Assembly: GCF_000143415.4 (NCBI RefSeq)
Contig: NW_003314268.1
Location: 1,410,672 to 1,474,671, forward strand
Direction: 5' to 3'
Length of the DNA: 64,000 nt
DNA from: Selaginella moellendorffii
Taxonomy: Eukaryota; Plantae; Lycopodiophyta
Under the pieces are notes generated by a model. That model did not search any database. It saw only the letters and a list, made by a program, of their open reading frames with translations, and was not told where the DNA came from. A program made the position numbers and the translations under genes. Below are positions 20,824 through 32,505 of this stretch, piece by piece (within the stretch, counting starts at the first letter, position 1; the number at the start of each line of letters is the position of its first letter).

Positions 20824-22889
20824 CTATGCCTGAGCCTTGTCCCGTGGAGCTGCAGGCCACACACAAAACCATCCGTCAGCTTCGCTGTGTATAACATCAA
20901 CCCGAAAAACCACTCCTCTCGATCTCTCTCGCGCTCGCTCGCTCGCTCGCTCGAGCTCGCTCTCTCTCGCTACAAGCAAAGAAATCCACACAAAAGAGTT
21001 TCTTTCTTTTGATCTTCGCAAGATCATGAGAATCCCAGGAAGAGGGCCAGAAGGATTGAGCGTGCCTTCTCAGCGGCAGAGTTCTTCCCTGCCTTTCTCT
21101 CTATGTAAAAGTATAATGCAGTGTGTGACTGTGACTGTCTGTGTGGTATCATCTCTGGGTGTGTGCTTCTCAAGGGGGAAGATGGTTTCTATCACTTACC
21201 AAGGCCAATCGCCTCGGAGCCTTTCATGATACGAAGCCTCTTCACAGTTCCAGTGAACATCCTGAAAGATCCAAGAGGAAGAGCTTTCGGTAAGCACGGA
21301 GAAGAAGAAACAAGTGTAAGCACACTTACCCCCAAGGAACATCACCCACGAGCATCAGATCCCCGTCTTTGTCCTCGTAAGTCAGCACAAAGTCGGAGCT
21401 CTGGAGAAAGTTGAGCTTCTTCTCGCCGGGATCACGGATAGACGAGACCTCTGGAGTGCCATTCTGGCCTGTTTAGACACCAGAGGGCCAGCTCAGCTCG
21501 GGAATCTCACGAGCAAACCAAAAGATGCAAACTTACCAGTGATGAATCGGAGAAACATGTCCTCGAGAACGGTAGACAGCTTGTCGTAGCTGTTGTTGGC
21601 CTTGAGATCCACCTTCCGGCCGATGGGAACGCCATCCATGTACACTTTGACAAACAAGGGACTGGCAGTAGCAGCGTTCGCAGCAGCAGGAGCCGGAGCT
21701 GGAGCAGAAGTGTTGCTGCTAACACCATTCTTGGTGGTGGTCTCCGTAGACTTGTGCTGTGGAGGTGGAGGATGAGCCACCAAGTTCTTCCTGAAAGACT
21801 GCACTGGGGGCCAGCCCACAACCGGTGGACTGCAAAGACGAAAACACCCAGCATGAGAAAACAAGCTAAGAACTTGGAGGCTAAACAAACAAAGAGGAAA
21901 AGAACACACCTTGCCGAAGGAACAGCCTCCTCGGTAGCGTCTTCCTTGTTGTGCGAAGTGAGGCCCGAGCTATTTGGACTCCCGCTGTTGCTATTGTTGT
22001 TGTCGACATCGCCCATCTTGGGTGCCATGCGAGACGACGAAGGGAAGGGGCCAAACGAGCTCTTGGACTGCTCCAGACCCATCCTCCACGCCGCTGGAAG
22101 CTGCTTGGAGCTGTTCCATGGGTACATGGAAGACGGCATGAGCGGCGGAGCAGTGGCGCTAGCCTTGCCATTGCTGGGCTGCGATGGCGCTGGAGCCACT
22201 GGAACTCCAGGATTCGAGGAAGAAGCTCCGCCATTGCCAGTGCCCGGGTTGCTGGGAGAGCCCGCCACCACAATGCCGGGGGGATTGGGCATCACGGACC
22301 GCCCCTCCACGAACTGCCCATTGCTGCCAATCGCCTCGGAGAAGACCCTCTTGTTCTTGTTGGCAGCCATGGCCGCGGTGGATGCCACATTGCAGTAGGC
22401 GGTATGGCTCATCTCCTGGTGCGCCGCTGGCGATGGCGCCTGGACCTCCTGCGGGATCATCCGCGCTGCTGCCTGCCAGAAAACGTTGCCCCCGGACAGA
22501 TCTGGCTCGTTGCTCTTCTCGCTCTTGGGCTGCTCGACCTTCTCGTGCTGCCATTTGGGGGCTTCGCCGGCCGCGACATTGTTCTTGGCTGGCTCCTTGC
22601 TCTTGGGAGGGCCGAGGCGGAGCTCGGTCTCTCCCAGATTTAGATCCGGCAGCGGCTTGCTGCCGCTATCCGGCTTGAGAGGCATCGATGTTACCTCCGA
22701 TAGGCCGATGTAGTCGTGCGCCTTGAGCGTGCTGCCGCTGTCGCCGCTGCTCTCCTGGACTATGCACGATGCTTCATCCCTCACCACCGCTCCTCCTCCT
22801 GGCGCGATTCCTCCTCCTCCCGCCGCCGCTGCCGCTACTCCTGCCGCCTCCGCGAATCCTTTCCCTGCCGGCTGCTCCACAAACGACAT
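20824..22889 (-). CDS. IAA: Aux/IAA auxin co-receptor/repressor with long N-terminus, multi-exon
   Basis: TELRLGPP (domain I), [15 protein letters not shown] degron, PB1 [17 protein letters not shown]...[18 protein letters not shown]...[14 protein letters not shown], and last exon APRDKAQA* (20849-20824). Confidence 0.93.
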
Positions 22890-23826
22890 TGACAAGATCA
22901 GCGCTCGCTCCAACACCCGATATTTCGACGCGCGCTCCTCGTCCTGACCCTATCAGCGCTCGAGAATCACTGCCGCCACTCCCAGGCCCCCAGGCGAATG
23001 CAGATTATCGCGAGCTCCGGGCCACATCGCTCGCCGCGCCTCCTCTCTCGATCGATTCTAGCTATGGAAGCCGCGATCCCTTCCCGTGCCTTGTGAAGCT
23101 CTAGCTATGGCGCCCGAGAAGCAAGAACAACAAGTTTAGAGCTCTAGGCTAGAAGGAATGGCCCCCGCCCACATTCATATGCTGCCCAAGGACACCCGGC
23201 CTTTACACATAACCCCCTAAGGACAGTGAGCCGGATTGGAATCCGCGTCTGGCGTCCGCGAGGTTGCGGTAAATCGCATTGAGTCCCTCGTGCTCAGGTC
23301 CGCCGGCCGACCGGCAGCCACTTCCGTCGCCGGGAATGGTATCCGGTCGGCCGTCCGGCCGTCTTTTAATACAATTTTGCCACCCTCTTTTTACCATTTG
23401 TGTAGATTTGCTCCTTTTATCTCCCCGTTTTACCTTTACGAAGAAATTCTCCTCGCCCGTTAGTCTGCGGCACCTTGATGTTTGGGGACGTACATAAAAT
23501 CGGCGATGAATGCCCTATAAATTTCGTGGGTGGTGGTCATTGTAGTGTAATATAATCCGATTCTCTCCATAAAGTTTAGGGCTCTTGAGATCTCTCTCTC
23601 TCTCGTTGGTTGGTTTGGGGGTGTTTTCAAACCACAATGCGTTCCCAACCTACGGAAATTAGGGCATCTCTGCAGCTGGCAATTCGTAACAGCGACAGAC
23701 AACGCGGAGGAAGTGTGAGGGCTTTGCAATCCAAGCTACCAACCTGTGGCATTTTTTAAAAGCCCTAGCCGAATATTCTACTCGCTCTCGCGAACATGCT
23801 CGGTTGGCGCTGTGGTGAGTTGCCTG

Positions 23827-24659
23827 GGGACATCACCCACAAAACAATGCAAATGATTTGGAGATTAGGGAAGTTGGTTGGGCTATGAAATCTCGAGACA
23901 ATGGCAAGGAGGGTTATTCCATTTTTCTAAGCTTTGGGCGCATAGATTTTGACTTTGCAAGGTACGCTTTGCCTTGGTTGATGCCATTATTGATGCCCCC
24001 AATCCAGCTTTTTAACACTAGTTTTTGGGGAACCACAAGTTGCCCCCACAAGCACAAGGGGCGCAAGCGCATAATCTAATCAGGAACTTGTGCCAGTTTC
24101 CATGATTATGCCCGGGAGAACATGGATCCACTGTAGCTGTGAAACAACCCAGGGTGGGGTGACAGGTTTTTTAAGGGATTTCACAAGGTGGCGGCCACAA
24201 GCGAGGTGAAATTCTTTGTCTTTTGTACCTTATAACAATCCCAAACCCCGACAATTGTCGCTGGCAATCAGTTGGGCGATAGAGTTTTAAAGCCTATTAG
24301 GAAAATGGTGCTGCTTGATGATCATGCTTTCTCGCCCTCGCCGCCAAAATCCCGCCCCCCATAAAACTGGCTGCAATTTCGCCACGAAGTTGACCCACCG
24401 GTGGACATGTTTGCGCTTTGCTCGATTCACAGTGAATGGATGGATGGAGTGGATTGGGGTGGATGGATTCATCTTTAAAAAGATGAATGGGGCCATTGTC
24501 ATGTCAAGCAAAAGCCAAATTCTCCGGAAAAAGAAAGCGATGGGAGCCCTAGCTATCAAGAGTCGTAGCATGGGAAAAAGATCAACACAAACGGAAAAGA
24601 AAAAAAAAAAAAAAGGTGGCGGAAACCCGTTGAAGAACATTCTAAACAAATTTTGTCTC
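23827..24659. promoter_or_regulatory. Candidate auxin response elements upstream of the Aux/IAA
   Basis: GGGACA 23827, GAGACA 23895, CCGACA-AT-TGTCGC 24248-24261, TGTCTC 24654. Hexamers occur by chance, so support is weak. Confidence 0.35.
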
Positions 24660-26835
24660 GCAAATGCCCTCACCCCTTTTCCGAAAGTGGGGTCGTAGAA
24701 TCACACAGCATTTCGATGCGATCAAAAGATACATAGTAAACTAACAATACGGACATCTGTACGAAATGGTATAAGTAGTGGCCCACCCACCGGGTCAAAG
24801 CCGTCGGCCCCGCATCCGGAGATCGGTCGGTCGTCGCGCGGTTTGAACGGTCAGATCTTAATTAGGGTTCATGCGGTCGCCCAACAACCCAACCCCTTCT
24901 CGTGCGCTCCCATGTGTTACCCATAACCAAAAATTCTTCTCGCCCTCGCAATTGGGTGTTTGATCGAATCGAATACACTTGCAGTAGTGTTTCTCATTCT
25001 CCCTTTTTCTTTTTCTTTGACTGAGTATATGGGTGAAATGTAAGATCATCAAATTTATACCACGAGTCGGTTTTCTGAGAGCTCGCCACCGCCCTATTCT
25101 CTTCATCATCATCCCGCTCGTCATGATCAAAGTTGTTTTGCTCCTCTTCTTTTCTGGAACCGAGAGCTCGTTGGCCTCTCCACTTTGGAGACCAAAGATT
25201 TGAGTAAAGTGCGTAGGCACTTTAGAAAGCACGCGGCTCTGCGAGTTTGTCCTGATCCAAAGGCTCGATCTATCCATGCATTAGCCCTAAAACACGATTC
25301 AAGCGCTGGTTTGACAAACACACTTTGGAGGGGGAGAGAGAAGATGGCAGTGCGCCACCAAAGCAGCAAAACATTGACGTTCTTTTTCCTCTCCAAATGT
25401 CATAAGAGGGACACTGGCAAAGTCCCCATCACCTTTGCATGGCCAGCCACAGGGCCCTGTTCCCGGTCTTAAGGACAATGCGACACTGGCCCTCCAAAGA
25501 GGGGGGGCCATGCCTCGGTTGCTTTCCCAGCTATTACTCCCTCTTATCGCCATCGCCACCTCATTCATTCCAAGGAGAGAGAAAAGGTGGCGGTGGGTTT
25601 AGTTCAAGATTCCACGTAAAAACATGCATGAAAAGTTGGTGCCAGGAAGACTACAGAAGGGATGGATCGATATGGGCAAGCGAGCGGTGATCTAACCAAA
25701 TGACAACCACACGAGGCCTTGTAATAATCGGGCGACAGGCCCAGCTCAACCAACATCGGCCCGCCTTAAGTTTTCGGAATCCAACAAGCAACCAAACCTT
25801 GTCTGCCTGATCGATCGCCTCTCTTCTTTGAAAAGCTGGTCTACGCGAGAAAACATCCACATCTCGCTACGTGGGGGCAAAATTGATGGAATCGCAAAAG
25901 CTGGCAAGGGAACAACAAAGCATGGATTGCTTGATTCATCCCGTGGGCTTTGATTTTGGTCGAATGATCGATTGGATAGATTGAGTTGGGGGCGACGAGG
26001 AGCAACGTCGGCCACTCGATCCGTGTGGATGGATCTGAATCTCTCAAGTGCAATGGACCAGTCATACACACATAGCTTTTGTTTTGCCAAAAGTTTGGGG
26101 CATAAGAATTGGGCGCTGACACACACAACTATTCGCAACACGAGCTCTCCAGATGGATCAGAGAGACAACATCAATCAATTCATACAATAGCTCATTTCA
26201 GTGAGAAATCAATAAAAAAGGCTACACTGTTCCGCTGATTTTCGCATGGCTGGTGTTGAGGTTTCTATATCGGTTGCAGTGCTGAATTCCTGCGCCAAGC
26301 ACATATTCGGATATGGAAGGGTTTGGTTGGCGCGAAGGGATTTCAGGACGAGTGTCGCAAAACACATGGCGCGCAGAGCGGGCTGACGTGGCCGATCTGC
26401 CACGCTGGAACCTTCAAATTTTTAAAAAGTGGCAGAATATGCGCCGGGAACGGCGCGAATATTCTCGGAGTTATGGGAACCACGCGGGCTTTGTCACCCA
26501 TCGCCTGGACAATGCAAAGGCTCAGCACTTGCTCGTGTCGAGAGTTTCCACCACTCGGAACTTCTCTCTCGTTTTTTTGGTGTTTTTTTTTTCTACTCTT
26601 GAGAGCTTCTCTCTCGTTTCTTTTTTGGTGTGTGTGTGTGTGTTTTTTTTTCTGCTCTTGATCGTGAAGCTCGAGGAAGCTCGTAAGACGCGATTCTCGT
26701 GAAGATTTGGTGTGTGTGTGTATGTTTTTTGGAGCATTACCTCTGGAAGCGACATGTCGGGCTTACGACTTACGCAAGAACAGACGCGGGGCGGGCTTGC
26801 AACTTGTTCATCTGTAGCTCGCGGAATTTGACTGG

Positions 26836-26840
<5 letters not shown>

Positions 26841-26868
<28 letters not shown>
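26841..26868. repeat. (AG)n microsatellite
   Basis: Directly visible dinucleotide run. Confidence 0.9.
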
Positions 26869-26871
<3 letters not shown>

Positions 26872-27172
26872 AGAGTTTGAGTTTAGTCCGCAACATCGAC
26901 GTGAGAGCTTGAGTGACAGACAGGAGGAGAGAGCGAGTTACCCGGGTGTTAAGAAGCACACTGTTCCTGTGGATGAGTTTTTTTAAGTACCTGTTAGATT
27001 TCTTTTGGCTTTTTTTTTTTCTTTCTTTTTTTTTTGGCTTCCAGGAATCGCGTCGCGTCCTCTTCACTGGAAAGCAAGAGCCTCGATTAGCGGCACAATG
27101 ACTATTTCTCCGGTAGCAAAAGAAAAGAATATCACGTACCCGGGGAATTTTGGCAGTGGAACACGGCGAGAA

Positions 27173-28182
27173 TCAGTGCACTTTAGCTCGGGGAATTCTG
27201 GAGGGGAGAGATTTGGCGTCGACTTGTTTGGCTCTTGAGATGCGCGGTAACGATCTCCAGGTACTTATCAATGCCATCCTCGTATTTGTCATAGATGAGG
27301 GGTAGCGTGTGAGCGAGTACCACCGCTGGGAAATACAAGAGGAGAGACAAAGCACGTTTTTTAGCTTTGCAACTTTCGTGCACAGCGCAAGGATTTGCGT
27401 ACGAAAAAAGCTGGAAGGAAAAGGAGAGGAATGGAATACATTACCAAAATAAAGGAGCGTCAGGAAATGGCACCAGCCACCGACAAGAGAGAAGATCCAC
27501 AGGCCCGCTATAACCTGTAGACAGTGGATTGAGATTTGGAGCGCAACTTGATCCAAAAAGAGAGAAAGCGAAAATACTATAGTATATGGAAGAAGAAAGA
27601 GAAAGAGAAAAAAAAGGGGAGAGAGAGAGAAGGATTTACCTCGACACAGAGCATGAAATCTTTTCCCAGGGCGATCATATGAATTATTCCAAGTGCTCGG
27701 TTTAATTCCAGACGAAGAGTCTGAGCGATGTTCTCGACCATCTCCTCCGAGAGTTGTATCTCTGGAATCGGTGGTGGCGGCCTGGAAGAACGAAAGAATG
27801 AAGAGCACAGTGGAAGGAAAAGGCTCACTTGTCGAGCAAGGCCGCGAGATTCGACCAAGTAAACAGGATCAAGACGAGGAAGAGGAGCGCATTTGAAGCG
27901 ATGGAGAGAAGTGTGTAGCCGCACCACTCAAACAGGACGTAAGAAACAGTGGCTCCAAGCAAAATCCCGCCAGTGACATGCTTCTTCTTCCACATGAGAA
28001 CATCGGCATCTGAAACAACACATATAGCAGGGGGGAAAAAGAAACACTCACTCACATTTGCCACCTCCAAGAATCTCGTGAACGCTCCTTTGCGTTCCCA
28101 AGGGGTGGGGCACTGCCGCCGCTACCAATGCTGGAGGCGCTGGCGATGGTGGTTGATGCTCCCCCGCTGGATGCTCGGCCAT
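27173..28182 (-). CDS. Reticulon-like protein (RTNLB), 5 exons; C-terminus possibly frameshifted (in-frame stop at 27183)
   Basis: QRSVHEILGGGK/ADVLMWKKK...YTLLSIASNALL..., PPPPIPEIQLSEE, IALGKD, LWIFSLVGGW.HFLTLLY, HTLPLIYDKYED.ID. Confidence 0.88.
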
Positions 28183-29156
28183 GGCATCTTTAGGTCAAGA
28201 AAGCAAAAGAAATTCCAAGCGGTTGTAAACTCGTTTGTAATCAATAGAAAGTTCTTAAATTTCATTTAAATTATATTATCATTATGAATGGAAGGTGAAA
28301 GAGGAAGGATTGCTACAAACTAGGGATCCTAAACAGGACTTCGTGATAAAATGCTCTTAGAGTCATATAAAAAAGCCAATGTATCCCTTTGATCTATAAG
28401 ATGATTAAAACTTATAGATTTTTTTAATTATTTAGTATAAGTTTGGCAATCTCAAATTGGTATTTTAAATATACAAATTTAAAAAATTTCAAATAAAAGA
28501 GCACTAGAAAATATAAATGCCTGTTAAGTAAACTTGGTTGAAATAAAAGTTTAATAATTCAAGTGCTCTCAAAATAAATAAAGGTCAAACTCTTAAATTT
28601 AAATTTGATAAAAAAAATAGCGGGTTTATAAGATTTGGCCTTATCTACTTCAGATTTGGAACAATTAAAATATAAATATAATCTTTTTTAATAATTAAAT
28701 TAAGTTAAATGAACCTTAAATAGTTTATACAATTTAGAAATTAAAAGCTATTGTTATTATAGTTTGATAGAAAATTAATACTGTGAGTGGAACTTAGACC
28801 TCACAATATAATATATTCTAAATTCAAAGCTCAAATATTATTTTGAGTTTATATAAATTCCTTTTGCTTCACAAACGAGAATTCCTCAAACCTCCAAAAC
28901 TGCCAAAAGCCAAAAATAAATGAAATGCCTTAAATAATGGTTATTACTTGTGAACAATTTAAATTAAACCATTAAGTAATATTTTTTAGAATTTTAGGAG
29001 GTGTTTGAAAGAAGTTTATGGAGGATTAATGGAGAACTCATCCATTCAGTGAGGACACTGCTCTACGTGATGCAACAAAATCTACTGTTTGACGATGTAC
29101 ATGGATGTTTCAAAAATATTTTTATCGCCTGGATCTTTACGGTATACACTTAGTAC

Positions 29157-32100
29157 TTACCAAAATTCTCCACAAGAGCACGCTCCATCTCTAAACACAT
29201 GAAACCGACTCGAGTCTCTACACACGATGGTCCGTCGCTCCAGCTTGGAGATCACAGCCGTCGCCCTGTGACAATCCTCGCAAACCCGGAGATTCTTAGA
29301 GATCCTTATGTCCGTCCCGGCCACCGAGTTGACAAGCGCGCAAGCTATGGCGAGCCTCTCGCTGTGTCCACATAGTGCCGACTCTTTCTCCTCCTCGGAT
29401 ATGTCGTGCACGACGCTCTTCGTGTCTGGAACGTATCCCCCCTCCTCCTTCATCCTCAAAGTCACTGCTTTGAGCCTCGCGGAGATCTCTTCCGCCTGAG
29501 GATGGCTCGAGTCTCCCGCCGAGAACCTGTGCACTGTCCCAGCTCCATCGATCCACCAGCTTTGCCCCGGCTTCTTCCAAGCTCGAGCAGCCCTTCTCAA
29601 GCTCCGGATCTCGCCACTCTCCTCCCACATCCCCGCGCTCGCGTAGATGCTTGCCATGAGCGAGTAGGCTCCAGCGTCTTTGTCGTCCAGGCTCACCACC
29701 GAGTCGAAAGCAAGCCTCCCAACTCTCACGTTGCTCCACTTCCGGCTCGCGGCGAGCACGGACATCCACACCGTCGTGTCCGGCTTGAAAGGCATCGTCT
29801 CCAGCATCTCCACGGCCTTGTCCAGCTGATTGGCTCGACCCAGGAGATCCACCATGCAGGTGTAGTGTTCCAGCAGCGGAGCTATCGAGAACTCCCGGCT
29901 CATCATCTCAAAGTAGAGCTTGCCTTCGTCGACCAGGCCGGCATGGCTGCAGAGTGATAGGAGGTGGACGAAAGTGATCGCGTCCGGCCTCACGTTTTCC
30001 CTTCGCATCCTCTCGAACAGCTCAAAAGCCTGCTTTGCGTCGCATTGGTGGCTGTATCCGGCCATGAGAGTGCTCCAAGTTACCAAGTCTCTTGCCGTGG
30101 AAGAGTCGAAAACTTGCTGCGCTTCCACCATGCTTCCACACCTCCCGTAGAAAGCCACGAGAGAATTCACCACAAGCCGATCGTTCTCGAGGCCGGCCTT
30201 GCGAATCTCGTCGTGGACGTTCTTCCCGGCCTCCAAGTCCGGCAAACTTCCACAGGCCTTGACCGCTGCTACGAAAATTGGAGGCGTAACTGGAACCAGC
30301 TTCTCCTCTCGGATGCGAGCGTAGTACTGGAGAGCCAAGTCGGCCTCTCCACTCTGAGCACACCCCCAAATCATCGTCGTCCACGAAACGACGTCTCGGA
30401 GCTTCATCCTCTCAAACAGCTGCCGAGCATCGGGCACGCTTCCGCACTTCACGTACATGTCGAGAAGATTGTTGGCGACGATCATGTCGGATTCATAGCC
30501 AGCTTTGCGAAGTTGGGTGTGGATCTCCAGTCCCTTCTTCAAACTCTCAGCTTTTACTATTCTTCCGTCAACCTGCTTGCCAGTTTCCTTGGCCGCTAGA
30601 CTCGTGCAAGCGTTCACTGCCGTGACGTAAGTTCTCCCGTCGGGAACAAAGCCTTCCTCTTGCATTCGAGCAAACGAGGAGAGAGCAAAGTCGCCATCTC
30701 CACTCTCAGCATGCCCCCAGATCATTGCTGTCCAGGAAACTAAGTCGTGCCGAGGCATCCTGTTGAAAACCTTGCCCGCATCTTCCATGCTTCGACACTT
30801 CGCATACATGTCGACGAGGCTGCTCGCCACGAACATATCCAGTTCGCAGCTGCTCTTCGAAACCTGCGAGTGGATTCTCCGGGCTCTTTCTAAACTCTCT
30901 GCCTTGACATGCCTTCCTCCCACTTCCCTGGCTTCTTCTCTGGCTGCTATAGCCGTGCAAGCGTTGATGGCAGCGACAAAAGTTCTTGAGTCGGGCACCA
31001 GTCCTGCTTGGTCTTGCATCGTAGTGAAGAGCCGGAGAGCACTCTCTCCATCTCCACAAGCTGCGTATCCCATGATAATCGAGTTCCAAGTCACCAAGTC
31101 CCGCTTTTCCATGCAGTCGAATACTCTCCTTGCCTCACGAACGCTGCCACACTTGGCATACATGTCCAGCAGCGTGTTAGCGACAAAGATGTCATGCTCG
31201 TATCCGCTACTCGAGAGCTGAGCGTGGATGGCTCGGCCTCTCTCCAGGCAAATCTCTCGTAGCTTTGTTCTCGGATCCGCCGCTGCTAAGGTCGAGCATG
31301 CGTTGAGTGCAGCGACATAAGTTCTCGCGTCGGGCTGGAAGCCTCTTTCCTGCATGGCAGAGAAGAGATTAAAAGCCTCATTGGCATCTCCAGATTGTGC
31401 GTACCCGGTGATGATCGCGTTCCATGACACAACGTCGTGCCTTTGCATTCGATCGAAGACCCTCTTCGTCTGGACCATGCTGCCACACTTGGAGTACATG
31501 TCCACCAGTGTGCTTGAAACGTAGATGTTGGTTTCGTGGCCTCGGCTGGCGAGCTCGGAGTGTAAAGCCGCTCCTCTCTTCAAACTTTCCACCTTGACGA
31601 GATTTCCATCCACCTGCTTGGCTTGCTCCTTGAGAGCCAGGCTCGTGCAGGCTTTCAAAGCCGCGACGAACGTCCGAGGGTCTGGAACGAAGCCTTTCTC
31701 TTGCATCTCGGCGAAGAACTCGAGAGCCAACTCCCCTTGATCGGCCTGGACAAATCCCATAATCATCGTGTTCCACGACGAGACTGTGCGATTCGGCATC
31801 TTCTCGAAGAACTCGCGAGCGCGATCCAGACTACCGCACTTGGCGAACATGTCTAGCACCGTGTTGGCCACAAAGATGTGCAAGCCTTTCTTCTCTTCTC
31901 CATTCCCATCGCTGCCGTGCTCTTCCAGAATCTCGCCCAAGATCCTGATCCCTGTGGCCAAATCCCTGGCGCTGGTACACGCCTTCAACGCCGCAAGAAC
32001 CACGGCATTGCTGGCCATGATTCCATCGCCGCGGAGCTGATCGTAGACCCCGATCGGGTCCTGCTGCCCTGACGCACCCTGATTGCGCCGCCCAACGGCA

Positions 32101-32180
32101 TTCTTCCTCCTCACACCTCCTACCTCGCGCAAGCTGGGAATCGTCCTGTATCGCCTGAGAAGAGCGCGCCGCAAGAGCAT
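29157..32180 (-). CDS. PLS-class PPR-DYW cytidine deaminase of the DYW:WW subtype (ends EFW), single exon
   Basis: PLS arrays, E domain, KKPGQSWWIDGAG.VH PG-box with WW, HSERLA, CEDCH, RDSSRFHVFRDGACSCGEFW. First ATG 32180 followed by an Arg-rich targeting-like peptide. Confidence 0.95.
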   Translation of the reverse strand: MLLRRALLRRYRTIPSLREVGGVRRKNAVGRRNQGASGQQDPIGVYDQLRGDGIMASNAVVLAALKACTSARDLATGIRILGEILEEHGSDGNGEEKKGLHIFVANTVLDMFAKCGSLDRAREFFEKMPNRTVSSWNTMIMGFVQADQGELALEFFAEMQEKGFVPDPRTFVAALKACTSLALKEQAKQVDGNLVKVESLKRGAALHSELASRGHETNIYVSSTLVDMYSKCGSMVQTKRVFDRMQRHDVVSWNAIITGYAQSGDANEAFNLFSAMQERGFQPDARTYVAALNACSTLAAADPRTKLREICLERGRAIHAQLSSSGYEHDIFVANTLLDMYAKCGSVREARRVFDCMEKRDLVTWNSIIMGYAACGDGESALRLFTTMQDQAGLVPDSRTFVAAINACTAIAAREEAREVGGRHVKAESLERARRIHSQVSKSSCELDMFVASSLVDMYAKCRSMEDAGKVFNRMPRHDLVSWTAMIWGHAESGDGDFALSSFARMQEEGFVPDGRTYVTAVNACTSLAAKETGKQVDGRIVKAESLKKGLEIHTQLRKAGYESDMIVANNLLDMYVKCGSVPDARQLFERMKLRDVVSWTTMIWGCAQSGEADLALQYYARIREEKLVPVTPPIFVAAVKACGSLPDLEAGKNVHDEIRKAGLENDRLVVNSLVAFYGRCGSMVEAQQVFDSSTARDLVTWSTLMAGYSHQCDAKQAFELFERMRRENVRPDAITFVHLLSLCSHAGLVDEGKLYFEMMSREFSIAPLLEHYTCMVDLLGRANQLDKAVEMLETMPFKPDTTVWMSVLAASRKWSNVRVGRLAFDSVVSLDDKDAGAYSLMASIYASAGMWEESGEIRSLRRAARAWKKPGQSWWIDGAGTVHRFSAGDSSHPQAEEISARLKAVTLRMKEEGGYVPDTKSVVHDISEEEKESALCGHSERLAIACALVNSVAGTDIRISKNLRVCEDCHRATAVISKLERRTIVCRDSSRFHVFRDGACSCGEFW

Positions 32181-32505
32181 GGAGCCTGGCGCTCCAAGCT
32201 CCAAGAACCCTAAAACCAAGTAACCCTAAAGTCCACAAATTTAAAACTTGGCGCGCAAAAGTGTTTTAATTTTAGGGTTCTTGGCGCGCGCTAAACATTC
32301 CCTTCCTTTATAAAACTGCTATAACTAATCCGGCGAGGCGGCGCATCTTGCTTTCACAATCTCCCCACTGTGGCGAGCGTTTCGTTACCGTTTAACACCC
32401 TCCCATGCTCTCCATGCAACGGAAATTCCGGCTGGCCACCATTTAAATCCAGCGCGATGGCATCTCAGCCCACCATTCCAAAGATCATACCACTATTCTC
32501 CTTCC
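32181..32505. promoter_or_regulatory. Short divergent promoter between DYW-PPR and CLE gene
   Basis: 325 bp between head-to-head ATGs; telo-box-like AACCCTAA/TTAGGGTT copies near 32205-32280; TATAAAA near 32308 on the + strand. Confidence 0.5.

Noticed and set aside
28260-29040. Very AT-rich island, possible MITE or Helitron remnant
   Set aside because: No terminal inverted repeats, target-site duplication or hairpin-CTRR end that I could establish.
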